Positions 9,223 through 20,616 of a DNA stretch of 64,000 nt are shown here, piece by piece. This DNA comes from an uncultured Solirubrobacterales bacterium. Its GTDB lineage: Bacteria; Actinomycetota; Thermoleophilia; Solirubrobacterales; 70-9. The notes under the pieces were generated by a model. The model worked only from the letters and a program-made list of their open reading frames with translations, ran no database searches and was not told the origin of the DNA. How positions within the stretch are numbered: the stretch's first letter is position 1; every line of letters starts with the position of its first letter. Where the stretch lies: NCBI GenBank assembly GCA_963746675.1, contig CAVVBX010000020.1, positions 32,647 to 96,646 on the forward strand, read 5' to 3'. Both the position numbers and the translations under genes were made by a program.

Positions 9223-9807
9223 ATGCGCGGTGGCCCAACCTTCGGCTCGCGGGCGCGTGCCGCGGCGCTGTTCGCGCTCGGCGCACTCGCGGTGCACCAG
9301 CTTCGCTACCTGTTGACCGCCGGACCCGGGGGGCACGCCCACGGCTACCTGGAGCTGCTCGTGCCGCTCGCGATCGCCACGACCCTGGCCGCGATCGCGG
9401 TCTCGATCCTGGCCACGCTGGCTCGCCGCTGCATGCCGACGCCGCTCGACCCCAGCCACACCACCGAGCGTGCGGCCGCCTACGCCCTCGGCCTGCTGAC
9501 CGTCTACTTCGCCCAGGAACTGGCCGAGGGCATGCTCGACCCCGAGCACGGGGTGCTCGCCGGAGCTCTCGGCCCCGGGAGCTGGCTCGCGCTGCCGTTG
9601 GCGATGGCCTTTGGCGCCTTGGCCTCGCTTGTCGGCGGCTGGTTGGACCGGATCGAGCTGCGGGTTGCTCTCGCAGCTCGCCCATCGGTCGCCCGCTCCC
9701 GCGTCCGCGGTACCCGCGCGCCGCGCGCCGCGCGCCGGGCCCGGGAACACCTCGTCCTCGGATTCGAGCTCTCGCCTCGTCCGCCGCCGGCGGCAGCAGC
9801 CGGCTGA
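9223..9807 (+). CDS. hypothetical multi-pass membrane protein
   Basis: 194-aa ORF with about four hydrophobic segments and a GGHAHGY motif. Arg-rich C-terminal tail. Confidence 0.55.
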   Translation: MRGGPTFGSRARAAALFALGALAVHQLRYLLTAGPGGHAHGYLELLVPLAIATTLAAIAVSILATLARRCMPTPLDPSHTTERAAAYALGLLTVYFAQELAEGMLDPEHGVLAGALGPGSWLALPLAMAFGALASLVGGWLDRIELRVALAARPSVARSRVRGTRAPRAARRAREHLVLGFELSPRPPPAAAAG

Positions 9808-9885
9808 CCACACACACGGGCGGCCGGCTTGTGTAGTCGGTTAAAGATCGGACGGCCGAGCGCCGTCCGGAGAGGAGTCTGCGAG

Positions 9886-10296
9886 ATGCAATCGAGACGT
9901 ATGGGCGTGCTGGTCGCCGTGCTAGCGGCGACAGCCGCGGTGGTCCTGTTCGTGGTTCTGCGTGACGACGACGGGGGTGCGGAGTCCACGGTCGCCGAGA
10001 CGACGACCGCCGAGAAGACGACGCCTGAGCCCGAGGTGGCGACGATCGTCGTCAAGGACGGGCAGCCCGTCGGCGGGGTCGCGGAGCTCGAGTTCACCAA
10101 GGGATCGGCGATCCGGTTCATCGTCGAATCCGACGTCGATGAGGAGGTCCACCTGCACGGGTATGACGTCTCCCAGGACGTCGCCGCGGGCGGACAGGTC
10201 GAGTTCGACGTCCCAGCGACAATCGAGGGCGTGTTCGAGGTCGAGCTCGAGCAGTCGGTGGTGCCGCTCGCCGAGATCACGGTGAACCCGGCTTGA
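9886..10296 (+). CDS. membrane-anchored cupredoxin-like small protein (hypothetical)
   Basis: ATG 9886 preceded by GGAGAGGAG. N-terminal helix GVLVAVLAATAAVVLFVV, then a beta-rich domain with EEVHLHGYD. Confidence 0.55.
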   Translation: MQSRRMGVLVAVLAATAAVVLFVVLRDDDGGAESTVAETTTAEKTTPEPEVATIVVKDGQPVGGVAELEFTKGSAIRFIVESDVDEEVHLHGYDVSQDVAAGGQVEFDVPATIEGVFEVELEQSVVPLAEITVNPA

Positions 10297-11702
10297 CCGA
10301 CGCACTCGACGGGATCCTGGTGGTCGGCCACGCGCTGGTCGGCCGCCAGGACCTGCCGATCCCGGAGTGGCTGTTCGCCTGGGGCGCGTCCCTGGTGTTG
10401 ATCGTCTCCTTCGTCGCGCTCTCGGTCGCCTGGCATCGCAGCCGCTTCGAGGACGACGGCTGGCGACCTGTGTCGGCGCGGCTCGCGAAGCTGGTCGTCA
10501 ACCCGGTGATCCAGGCGCTCGCCGGCTTGACCGGGGTCTTCTTGCTGGGGCTGGTCGTCTGGTCGGGCCTCAACGGCACCGAGGCGCCGGACCGCAACTT
10601 CTCGCTCACCTTCGTCTTCGTCACCGTCTGGCTCGGGATGGTCGTCCTGAGCGTCGCGTTCGGCGATGTCTTTCGCGCCTTCAACCCCTGGCGCGCGATC
10701 GCCCGCGCCGCCGGCGGGGTGTTCAAGCTGGTCGCCCGCCAATCACCGCCGCCGCCCCTGACCTATCCGGAGCGCTTCGGCCGCTGGCCCGCCGTCGCCG
10801 GGATCGTCGCGTTCGCGTGGCTCGAGCTCGTCTACGGGGCGGCCGGCTTCCAGACCGTCGGCCTGACCCCGCATACGGTCGCGGTCGCCACGCTCGCCTA
10901 TAGCGCCTACACGTTCGTCGGCATGGCGCTGTTCGGCAGCGAGCGCTGGCTCGAGCGCGGCGAGGCGTTCTCGGTCTACTTCGGCATGTTCGCCAGCCTC
11001 GGCCCGCTCGAGGTCCGCGACGGCGTCCTCGGGCGCCGCAAGCCGCTCGCCGGGTCGACGAGCTGGGTCTCGGCGCCCGGCTCGGTGGCGCTGGTGCTGG
11101 TATCGATCGGGGCAACGACGTTCGACGGCGCCTCCGAGGGCGCGCTCGCCGGGCCGATCTCGACCGCGTTCGACGCGCTCAGCGACGCCGGCCTCGGGCC
11201 CGTCGCCGCCCTGCGGGTCAGCAACACGCTCTTCCTCGGGCTGGCGCTGGGTTTCGTCGCCGGCCTCTTCTGGGCCGGGATCTACGGCATGCACACGGTT
11301 CGCGCGAGCATCCCCACCGGCCGGCTCGGTTCGCTGTTCGCGCACGCGTTCATCCCGATCGCGGTCGCGTACCTGGTGGCCCACTATTTCAGCCTCTTCG
11401 TCTTCCAGGAGCAGGCCCAGTTCACGTTCCTGCTCTCCGATCCACTCGGGGACGGCTCCGACCTGTTCGGGACGGCGGGCAGCGGCATCGACTACGGCGC
11501 TATCGGCGCCAACGTGATCTGGTACGTCCAGGTGGCGGCGCTGATCGTCGGCCACGTGACCGCGCTGGTGCTCGGCCACGACCGCGCGCTGAAGGTCTAC
11601 GGGGACACGCGCGTCGCGGCGCGCTCGCAGTACTGGATGCTGGCGCTGATGGTCGGCTTCACCTCGCTCGGCCTCTACCTGCTCTCGCAGGCGAACCAGT
11701 AG
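10293..11702 (+). CDS. hypothetical polytopic membrane protein (469 aa)
   Basis: The TTG start overlaps the upstream stop (TTGA). More than 10 hydrophobic segments, with several conserved-looking His (FAHAFIP, VAHYFSLF, VGHVTALVLGHD). Confidence 0.65.
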   Translation: MTDALDGILVVGHALVGRQDLPIPEWLFAWGASLVLIVSFVALSVAWHRSRFEDDGWRPVSARLAKLVVNPVIQALAGLTGVFLLGLVVWSGLNGTEAPDRNFSLTFVFVTVWLGMVVLSVAFGDVFRAFNPWRAIARAAGGVFKLVARQSPPPPLTYPERFGRWPAVAGIVAFAWLELVYGAAGFQTVGLTPHTVAVATLAYSAYTFVGMALFGSERWLERGEAFSVYFGMFASLGPLEVRDGVLGRRKPLAGSTSWVSAPGSVALVLVSIGATTFDGASEGALAGPISTAFDALSDAGLGPVAALRVSNTLFLGLALGFVAGLFWAGIYGMHTVRASIPTGRLGSLFAHAFIPIAVAYLVAHYFSLFVFQEQAQFTFLLSDPLGDGSDLFGTAGSGIDYGAIGANVIWYVQVAALIVGHVTALVLGHDRALKVYGDTRVAARSQYWMLALMVGFTSLGLYLLSQANQ

Positions 11703-11733
11703 GAGCCTCGCCGGCCTGCGCCATACTGGATCG

Positions 11734-11883
11734 GTGATCCCCGTCGCTCACGTCGGTCACTGGGCCATGTGGGTCCTTTACGCGATTCCCCTCGTGGTCG
11801 TGCTGGCGTCGATCGCGCTCAACATGAGGCGGGAACGTCGCCAGCGCTCCGCCTCGGGTGGATCCGCCGACGATTGCGACTAG
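11734..11883 (+). CDS. possible small membrane protein (49 aa)
   Basis: GTG 11734. VIPVAHVGHWAMWVLYAIPLVVVLASIALNMRRERRQR... Not in the ORF track because it is under 60 aa. Confidence 0.3.
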   Translation: MIPVAHVGHWAMWVLYAIPLVVVLASIALNMRRERRQRSASGGSADDCD

Positions 11884-11892
11884 AGGGTTTGC

Positions 11893-13063
11893 TCAGCTAG
11901 CGGTCGCCAGCAGGCGCTCGAGGCGGGCCTCGAGCTCGTCGCGAAGCGCGTCGCGGATCGGTCCCTCCTTGGCCCGCTCGACGAGCTCCTGGAGGAAGCC
12001 CTCGATCACCAGCCGCTTGGCCTCCGGTTCGCGAAGGCCACGGGAGCGCAGGTAGTAGAGCTGCCCGGCGTCCACCTGGGCGACCGCGGCGGCGTGGGTG
12101 CAGCGGACGTCGTCGGCCTCGATCTCCAGGCCCGGGATCGCGTCGGCGTGGGCGTCGTTGGAGAGCAGCAGGTTGCGGCTCTCCTGGAAGGCGTCGGTGC
12201 GCTGGGCGCCCGGGTCGACCCGGATCATCCCGCGCCAGACCGCGGTCGCGCGGTCGGCGAGCACGCCGCGGAAGGCGAGGTCGGAGGTCGTGTCCGGCGC
12301 CGCGTGCTCCTGGGTGGTGTCGTAGTCCAGGTGCTGGCTGCCGTTGCCCGCGTAGGCGCCGGTGACCTTGGCGCTCGAGCCGCGGCCGGCGAGCTTGGTC
12401 TCCATCCGCACCTTGCCGCGCGCCGAGCCGAAGCCGAGCGCCACCCACTCGAGGTTGGCGTCGCGACCGATCTCGGCGCGCTGGGTGGCGAAGACCCAGC
12501 TTTGCTCGGAGAGCTCCTGTTCGCAGACGTAGCGCAGGTTGGCGCCGTCGCCGACGACCATCTCCACGACACCGTTGAACAGCGCCTCGCCCTCGGACGC
12601 GTAGCGTTCCCAGACCTCGGCCTCGGCACCCTCCTCGAGCACGATCAGCGCCCGCCAGTCCAGCTCGCCCGGCTTCGCGCTGACGGTTACCCGCAGCGGT
12701 TCGGTGAGCCGGGCCCCGGCGGGCACGTAGACGAGCAGCCCATCGCGCCAGCGCGCGTCGTTGCGGGCGACGAACGGATCCGCGGCTGCCACGACGCTGC
12801 CGAGGCGCTCGCGAACCACGTCGCCGAGCCGGTCGATGCCCTCGGCGAGAGGCAGCACCAGCGGTCCCCCGGCTCCATTCGACGACGCGACAAGGCCCTC
12901 GACGCTCGCCGCGCCGGGCTCGAACGAGTCGAGGTCGAGGCCGGAGAGATCGGTGAACTCCCAGCCCTTGTCCTTCTGGGTCGGCAGGCTGAGCTCCTGC
13001 GTCAAAGAGGCGCCACGGCGGCGCCTCTCCGAAAGCCACTCGGGCTCTGCGACCGCGACCGCC

Positions 13064-13071
<8 letters not shown>
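11893..13071 (-). CDS. sufD: Fe-S cluster assembly protein SufD
   Basis: 392 aa. Overlaps the sufB stop by 8 nt. SufBD-family C-terminal region ([12 protein letters not shown]..., [10 protein letters not shown]). Confidence 0.88.
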
Positions 13072-14524
<1,453 letters not shown>

Positions 14525-14531
14525 CAGGAAA

Positions 14532-14858
14532 TCAGAGCTCCAGCTTCACTTCGTCGTGGTCGATTCGCACCTCGAACGTGTCCACCGGACGGTAGGCGGG
14601 AAGGGTGCGTGGCTTGCCGGTCCGAACGTCGAAGAGGGAGCCGTGACGCGGGCACTCCACGGTACAGGAGGCGAGGTCGAACTCACCCTCGGCGAGCGGG
14701 CCGTCGTCGTGCGAGCAGCGATCCTCGATCGCGAACATCTCGCCGTCGGTGCAGTGGAAGACGCCGATCTTGCGGCCGTCTGCCTCGACCAGGCGCATCT
14801 CGCCCTCGGGAAGCTCGACGAGCTTGCACACGGTGATTGTCTCGGTGTCGGTCGGCAT
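14532..14858 (-). CDS. Rieske [2Fe-2S] ferredoxin-like protein
   Basis: CSHDDGPL...CPRHGSLF gives the CxH...CxxH Rieske ligands. ATG 14858 ([13 protein letters not shown]) is preferred over the listed 14918 start. Confidence 0.8.
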   Translation of the reverse strand: MPTDTETITVCKLVELPEGEMRLVEADGRKIGVFHCTDGEMFAIEDRCSHDDGPLAEGEFDLASCTVECPRHGSLFDVRTGKPRTLPAYRPVDTFEVRIDHDEVKLEL

Positions 14859-14957
14859 CTCTTGCGGGCGGTCGGATCTTTCAGTATTCCTACCGTCGAG
14901 GTCGGATTTTAGCGGCACGCGGCGTGGTGCACCCTGCGCCCGGATAGCGTTCCGCCG
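14859..14957. promoter_or_regulatory. divergent promoter/operator region upstream of Rieske-sufB-sufD
   Basis: Locally AT-richer. GTCGGATCTT (14871..14880) and GTCGGATTTT (14901..14910) are direct repeats 30 bp apart. On the minus strand, TAAAAT lies ~45 nt upstream of the ATG. Confidence 0.3.
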
Positions 14958-15440
14958 ATGGAGACCGGTGATGCTCGTCCCCGCGGCCGGATCGCGATCG
15001 CCATCGGGGCCGCGCTGCTGCTCGGCGCGCTGGTGACCATCATCCTCCAGCTGAGCTCGGGAGGAGCGGGAGAGAGGACGGCGCCGGCCGCGGATCCACG
15101 CTGCGTGAGGTCATGGAACTCGGACCCGGCAGCGACGGCCTACGGGCGCCACAACTTCAACTTCCACGATTACGATGGTGCGTTGGTCACCTTCCTGAGC
15201 GAGAATGCGGAGGAGGTCACCCGCGGTGAGGGCGGGCTCTGTGCCGTGATCTTCCCCTCGGAGGCGCTCGACCCTGAGCCGGTCGCTGCAGGCCAGGTGC
15301 TGAAGGGGCGGTTGTGGCTTCCGATCGTCGTGCTCGAGGGCGTGCAGCCGACCCGCGCTGCCGAGCTGCAGGCGACCGCCGCCGCCGACCCGAACGTCCG
15401 CCTCGACGCCCGTGGTCGGCTCAGCGGCCTGGACGACTGA
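14958..15440 (+). CDS. hypothetical membrane-anchored protein (160 aa)
   Basis: N-terminal helix IAIAIGAALLLGALVTIIL followed by a soluble domain with sensible composition. Confidence 0.55.
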   Translation: METGDARPRGRIAIAIGAALLLGALVTIILQLSSGGAGERTAPAADPRCVRSWNSDPAATAYGRHNFNFHDYDGALVTFLSENAEEVTRGEGGLCAVIFPSEALDPEPVAAGQVLKGRLWLPIVVLEGVQPTRAAELQATAAADPNVRLDARGRLSGLDD

Positions 15441-15508
15441 TCGATGGGCGTCCCTCGGTGAGGTAGGGTCGGGCGCAGCAGACCCAACCCAACCGAGGGA
15501 GCAGACCC

Positions 15509-15892
15509 ATGACCCGCAAGACTGTCCTCGCGACGACGTTGGCGCTCGCCGCGGTCCCGGGTATCGCCCTCGCTGGAGGCTCTGGCCAGACCGTTGAGCT
15601 CGGCAGCCACGTCAAGATTCGCGAGAGCTTCCCCGCCTTCCACGGCAAGGTGAAGGCCCACAACGCCGCCTGCGTCGAGCAGCGACGCGTGAAGCTGTTC
15701 AAGGAGAAGCGCAATGGCGGCAAGAAGCTGCTCGGCTTCGATCAGACCGGCAACGACGGCAAGTGGTTCGTCGAGGTCGATCCGCTCAAGTCCGGCGCCT
15801 ACTACGCCGTGGCGAAACGGCGCGAGGAGGGCACCGCGGGGACGATCTTCGTCTGTCTGCGGGCGAAGTCGAAGACGGTGGCGGTCGACTAG
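15509..15892 (+). CDS. hypothetical secreted protein (127 aa)
   Basis: Signal peptide MTRKTVLATTLALAAVPGIALAGG. RBS GAGGGAG. Lys-rich mature part. Confidence 0.6.
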   Translation: MTRKTVLATTLALAAVPGIALAGGSGQTVELGSHVKIRESFPAFHGKVKAHNAACVEQRRVKLFKEKRNGGKKLLGFDQTGNDGKWFVEVDPLKSGAYYAVAKRREEGTAGTIFVCLRAKSKTVAVD

Positions 15893-15895
15893 CGG

Positions 15896-16324
15896 TCAGA
15901 TCCGCCTGCGCTCGGACTCCGGGTCGCCCGGGGCGCCCTCGTCCTCCCAGTCGGCGACGTCGCCGAGGGCGGCGGACTTGACCACTTTGAGGCCCAGCAG
16001 CGCGCACTTCAGACGCGTAGCCGAGATCTCGATCCCGAGCAGGTCGAGGACGAAGTCCTTCTCGAGCCGCAGCAGCTCCTCGCGCGTCTTGCCCGCGAGC
16101 TCCTCGGTGAGCATCGAGGTGGCGGCGGTCGAGATCGCGCAGCCCTTGCCCTCGAATCCGACCTCTTCGACGCGGCCGTCGTCGTCGAGCGTGATGAACA
16201 CATGCTGCTCGTCGCCGCAGAACGGATTCGTGTCCTCGAACTCGAGGTCGAAGCGCTCGGGCCGGCCGAAGTTGCGCGGCCGCTTGTAGTGGTCGAGGAT
16301 GTTCTCGCGGTAGAGATCGTCCAC
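15896..16324 (-). CDS. sufU: SufU/IscU-like Fe-S scaffold (zinc-type)
   Basis: ENILDHYKRPRNFG, NPFCGDE, GKGCAISTA, LKCALLG motifs. GTG 16324 lies 8 nt after the sufS stop codon. The listed ATG 16363 would overlap sufS by 29 nt. Confidence 0.85.
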   Translation of the reverse strand: MDDLYRENILDHYKRPRNFGRPERFDLEFEDTNPFCGDEQHVFITLDDDGRVEEVGFEGKGCAISTAATSMLTEELAGKTREELLRLEKDFVLDLLGIEISATRLKCALLGLKVVKSAALGDVADWEDEGAPGDPESERRRI

Positions 16325-16334
16325 GGCCGCTCGC

Positions 16335-17582
16335 TCAGTCGAGCCCGAACACGCGCCGGGCATCGTGCAGCCCCTCGACCAGGCGGTCGATCTCCTCGGG
16401 GATCGAGTAGACCCCGAAGCTCGCCCGGGCCGTGGCGGCGACCCCGAGGCGGTCCATCAACGGCTGGGCGCAGTGATGGCCGGCGCGGAGCGCGATCCCG
16501 TGCCGGTCGAGGATCTCGGAGACGTCGTGGGCGTGGACGCCCTCGAGCTCGAACGAGACCGGGCCGAGCCGGTCGGAGGAGGGCGGGGGGCCGAAGATCC
16601 TCAGCCCGGGCACCTCGGCGAGTCTGGCGAGCGCGACGGCGGTGATCTCGCGCTCGTGAGCGGCGACGGCGGTCATGCCGACCCCGTCGAGCCAGCGCAG
16701 CGCGGCCGCCATCCCAATCGCCTGCGCGATCGCCGGTGTGCCGGCCTCGAAGCGGGCGGGCGGGTCGGCCCAGGTGCTCCCCCGCTTGGTCACCTTGCGG
16801 ATCATCGACCCGCCGCCGAGGAACGGCGGCATCTCGCGCAGGAGGTCGAACCGGGCCCATAGTGCGCCGATGCCGGTCGGCCCGTAGGCCTTGTGCCCGG
16901 TGAGGGCGTAGAAGTCGATTCCCAGTTCGGCCATCGAGAGCGGCAGCTTCGGCGCCGCCTGAGCCCCGTCGGCGAGCACCAAAGCTCCCGCGTCGTGCGC
17001 CAGCCGCGAGATCTCGGCCAGCGGGTTCTCGGTCCCGAGCACGTTCGAGATGTGGGCGACCGCGACCAGCTTCGGGCTGCGCTCGAGCAGCCGCGCGTAG
17101 GCGTCCAGGTCGAGCAGCCCGTCGTCGGTGACCGGGACCCAGTCGATCTCGGCGCCGACCTGCTCGGCGAGCATCTGCCAGGGAACGATGTTCGAGTGGT
17201 GCTCCATCTCGGTGAGCACGATCCGGTCGCCGGCCCCGATCCCGGCGGCGCCCCAGGTGCGGGCGACGAGGTTGATCGCCTCGGTCGCGTTGCGGACGAA
17301 GATCAGCTCGCGGCGGTCGGCGGCTCCGACGTGGTCGGCGACCGTGGCCCGCGCGCCCTCGTAGGCCGCCGTCGCCTCCGCCGAGAGCGTGTGCGAGCCA
17401 CGGTGGACATTGGCGTGATGGCGGCGCTCGTAGCGGTCCACCGCCTGGATCGAGGCGAGCACCCGTTGGGAGCTCGCGCCCGAGTCGAGATAGGCCAGCG
17501 GCCGCCCGTGAACCTCGCGGTCGAGCGCCGGGAACGCCGCGCGGACCCTCTCGATCGGAAAGGCGGCCGTGGCGGTGGTCAT
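16335..17582 (-). CDS. sufS: cysteine desulfurase SufS
   Basis: 415 aa. HANVHRGSHTLS, the PLP-Lys context TGHKAYGPTGIG, and the catalytic Cys in RAGHHCAQP. Confidence 0.93.
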   Translation of the reverse strand: MTTATAAFPIERVRAAFPALDREVHGRPLAYLDSGASSQRVLASIQAVDRYERRHHANVHRGSHTLSAEATAAYEGARATVADHVGAADRRELIFVRNATEAINLVARTWGAAGIGAGDRIVLTEMEHHSNIVPWQMLAEQVGAEIDWVPVTDDGLLDLDAYARLLERSPKLVAVAHISNVLGTENPLAEISRLAHDAGALVLADGAQAAPKLPLSMAELGIDFYALTGHKAYGPTGIGALWARFDLLREMPPFLGGGSMIRKVTKRGSTWADPPARFEAGTPAIAQAIGMAAALRWLDGVGMTAVAAHEREITAVALARLAEVPGLRIFGPPPSSDRLGPVSFELEGVHAHDVSEILDRHGIALRAGHHCAQPLMDRLGVAATARASFGVYSIPEEIDRLVEGLHDARRVFGLD

Positions 17583-17587
17583 GCCAC

Positions 17588-17689
17588 CGCCTCAACAGCG
17601 GCGCGACTCGGCTCCGTCCTGTCGGACTCCGCCTCATATCAGGCGCCTCAACAGCGGCGCGACTCGGCTCCGTCCTGTCGGACTCCGCC

Positions 17690-17694
<5 letters not shown>
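17588..17694. repeat. two perfect 51-bp direct repeats (17588..17638 and 17644..17694), 5-bp spacer
   Basis: cgcctcaacagcggcgcgactcggctccgtcctgtcggactccgcctcata occurs twice. Together the copies fill the sufC-sufS intergenic region, and the second copy includes the sufC stop codon. Confidence 0.85.
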
Positions 17695-18454
<760 letters not shown>

Positions 18455-18485
18455 TTTCTTCCTTTCGAAGTTCGGTTGGTGTGAT

Positions 18486-18971
18486 TCAGGCCGCACCTTG
18501 GGCGACCGGCTCGGAAAGCGGCGGGCCCGCAAACTCGACCAGCTCCGCCAGCGTCGTCTGCCCGAGCGCCTTGGTGACGCCGCCGTGGACTCGGGTCCAG
18601 AGCAGCTTGGTCGCACACGCTCGGTCGCCGTCGGCCTGGTGCGAGCAGAGCACCCGACCCTCGGAGTCGGCGTGGAAGCACTCCATCGGCGCGACCGGTC
18701 CCTCGAGCGCCTCGACCACCTCGATCATCGCGATCTCGGCCGCGGGTTTCGCCAGGCGGTAGCCGCCGTGCGCCCCGCGCACCGAGGTCACGAGGCCGGC
18801 CTGGCGCAGCTTGGCCACCAGGTGCTCGAGGTAGGCGAGGGGCAGCATCTCCGCCTCGGCAACCGCCGCGAGCGCCACCGGTTCGCCATCATCCGACGCC
18901 GTGGTTGCGGTCTGACGACCGAGCTCAACCATCAAGCGCACGCCGTATTCAGCCTTGGTCGAGAACAGCAT
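18486..18971 (-). CDS. Rrf2-family transcriptional regulator
   Basis: ATG 18971 gives MLFSTKAEYGVRLMVELG, the canonical Rrf2 N-terminus. Three C-terminal Cys (MECF...VLCSHQ...RACATK) could ligate a cluster. Confidence 0.85.
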   Translation of the reverse strand: MLFSTKAEYGVRLMVELGRQTATTASDDGEPVALAAVAEAEMLPLAYLEHLVAKLRQAGLVTSVRGAHGGYRLAKPAAEIAMIEVVEALEGPVAPMECFHADSEGRVLCSHQADGDRACATKLLWTRVHGGVTKALGQTTLAELVEFAGPPLSEPVAQGAA

Positions 18972-18976
18972 TCGCA

Positions 18977-19003
18977 ATAAATCCTACTCAAACGGTCGGT
19001 TAT
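18977..19003 (-). promoter_or_regulatory. AT-rich candidate Rrf2 operator just upstream of the Rrf2 gene
   Basis: The minus strand reads ATAACCGACCGTTTGAGTAGGATTTAT. It matches 18 of 25 positions of the E. coli IscR type-1 consensus as I recall it. This is a weak, unvalidated match. Confidence 0.2.
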
Positions 19004-20563
19004 GCCACCGTTGTCGCGGCGGCCCGGGTGGCGGCGTGCGCCGGGTCGAGGGAACTCGACTGCCATCGAGGCGGGTGAACAAGGACCGCGGGCAGTCGCC
19101 GTCAGCTGGCCGTCTGGGTCGCAGATCCGAGCCACGGCCGCGGCGCTCGGTCAGGGCTACGTTGCTGGTGGCCGGCGTCGCCCTGCGGATCGTCGCCGCC
19201 GGCATCGTGGTGGCCGGCGACGACGACTCTGTCGGACGCGATCCCTTTCGCGGCCTTCGCCGACGGCAACCCTTTGGCAAACCGCGCAGCACCCGCCGGG
19301 CTACTCGCTCTTCCTCGCGGGCATCGGGACGCTCTCCGTGAGGTCGCCGTGCCGATCGCGCTCCAGCACCTGTTCGGGCTGGTCACGGCCCTGCTCATGT
19401 TTGCCGCGGCGCGCCGGATGCGGGCTCGCCGCTGGCCGGGGCGTGGCCGCGGCGGCGATCATGCTCCTCGACGCCGACCTGATCTACCTCGAGCAATCGA
19501 TCATGTCGGAGCCCTGTTCGTCTTCGTGCTCTCGGCGGCCCTGTACTGCTGCGTTCGGGCGCTCGATGAGCAGCGTCGCATCGCGCGGGTCCGATGGTTA
19601 ACGACCCAACATCTCTGGCTGCTGGGAGGAGGCGCTCTGCTTGGTCTCTCGGCGTGGTCGCGCGGGATCGGCGCGCCGCTGATCCCGGTCTGGCGCTCTG
19701 GGCGCTGCTCGCGTTCGGCCCCGGCTGGCGGCGACGGATCGCGGCGGCGGCGCTGGCCGCGCTTCCGGCGGTCGCCCTCGTCCTCGCGTACTCTGCCGCG
19801 AATCACCGACAGACGGGCACGTTCGGCCTGGTTCAGATGGAGGGTTGGGGCATCTACTCGAGGGCTGCGCAGTTCGCCGACTGCGAGCAATTCGAGCCGC
19901 CCTCTGGGACGGAACGCCTCTGCGAGACCACCCCGCCCTCCGATCGGCCGGGGCCGCGACTTCTACTCGTGGCAGCCCGACTCGCCCGCGCAGCAGCTCT
20001 TCGGCTTCCCACCGACGGGGAACGACCAGCTCGGCGAGTTCGGGCGCTCGGCGATCCTCGCCCAGCCGCTCAGCTACGCGGAGGCCGTGGTCACCGACAT
20101 CGGACGCTATTTCGTGCCGACCATCAATCAGGACCGGTTCTACGGCGGCACCGACTATCGGTACGTCGGGATCGACTACCGGAAGCCCAATATCGAGGCG
20201 AAGCTGCTCTCCGACTACGTCAATCCGTACTACGACGACGAACGGCTCCAGGTCGGCGCATCCGCCGTGTGGCTGGGCGATCTGCAGGCGGTTCTGAGGG
20301 TCCACCCGATCCTGCTGCTCCAGGCCTTCCTGCTCGCCGCGCTCGGAGCCTGGTTCGCGCGCGGGCTCGTGAGGGCCACGATCGGCCTCCTCGGAGGCGT
20401 CGGGTTCGCTGTGATCGTGATCGCGGCAGCCACCTCGACTTACAACGCCCGCTACGTGATCCCGGTCGACGGCCCGGTGATCGCCGCCGGGGCGATGGGC
20501 CTGTGGGTCCTTCTCAGCCGCTCAAGGACCGCGGAACCGGGCACCGACGGGCCCCACGGTTGA
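19002..20563 (+). pseudogene. GT-C fold glycosyltransferase (family 39/ArnT-like), multiply frameshifted
   Basis: Family-like pieces are spread over three frames (listed ORFs 18955, 19002, 19274, 19594). Examples are HPPGYSLFLAGIGTLS, AVPIALQHLFGLVTALLMFAAARRM, AAAIMLLDADLIYLEQSIMSE, ALFVFVLSAALYCCVRAL and LALWALLAFGPGW...AANHRQTGTFGLVQMEGW, followed by a long intact C-terminal part. At least 6 frame changes are needed. Confidence 0.7.
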
Positions 20564-20616
20564 TTCGCCCCGCTGCACCGCTACCCTGTCCTCCGCGAGG
20601 ACGGGGACGGATCTCA

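Noticed and set aside
7628-9817. The 729-aa minus-strand ORF.
   Set aside because: It is composite. Only the 8450..8965 part is coding (thioredoxin-like). The rest is Arg-rich shadow antisense to the CDF gene and to the plus-strand membrane-protein genes.
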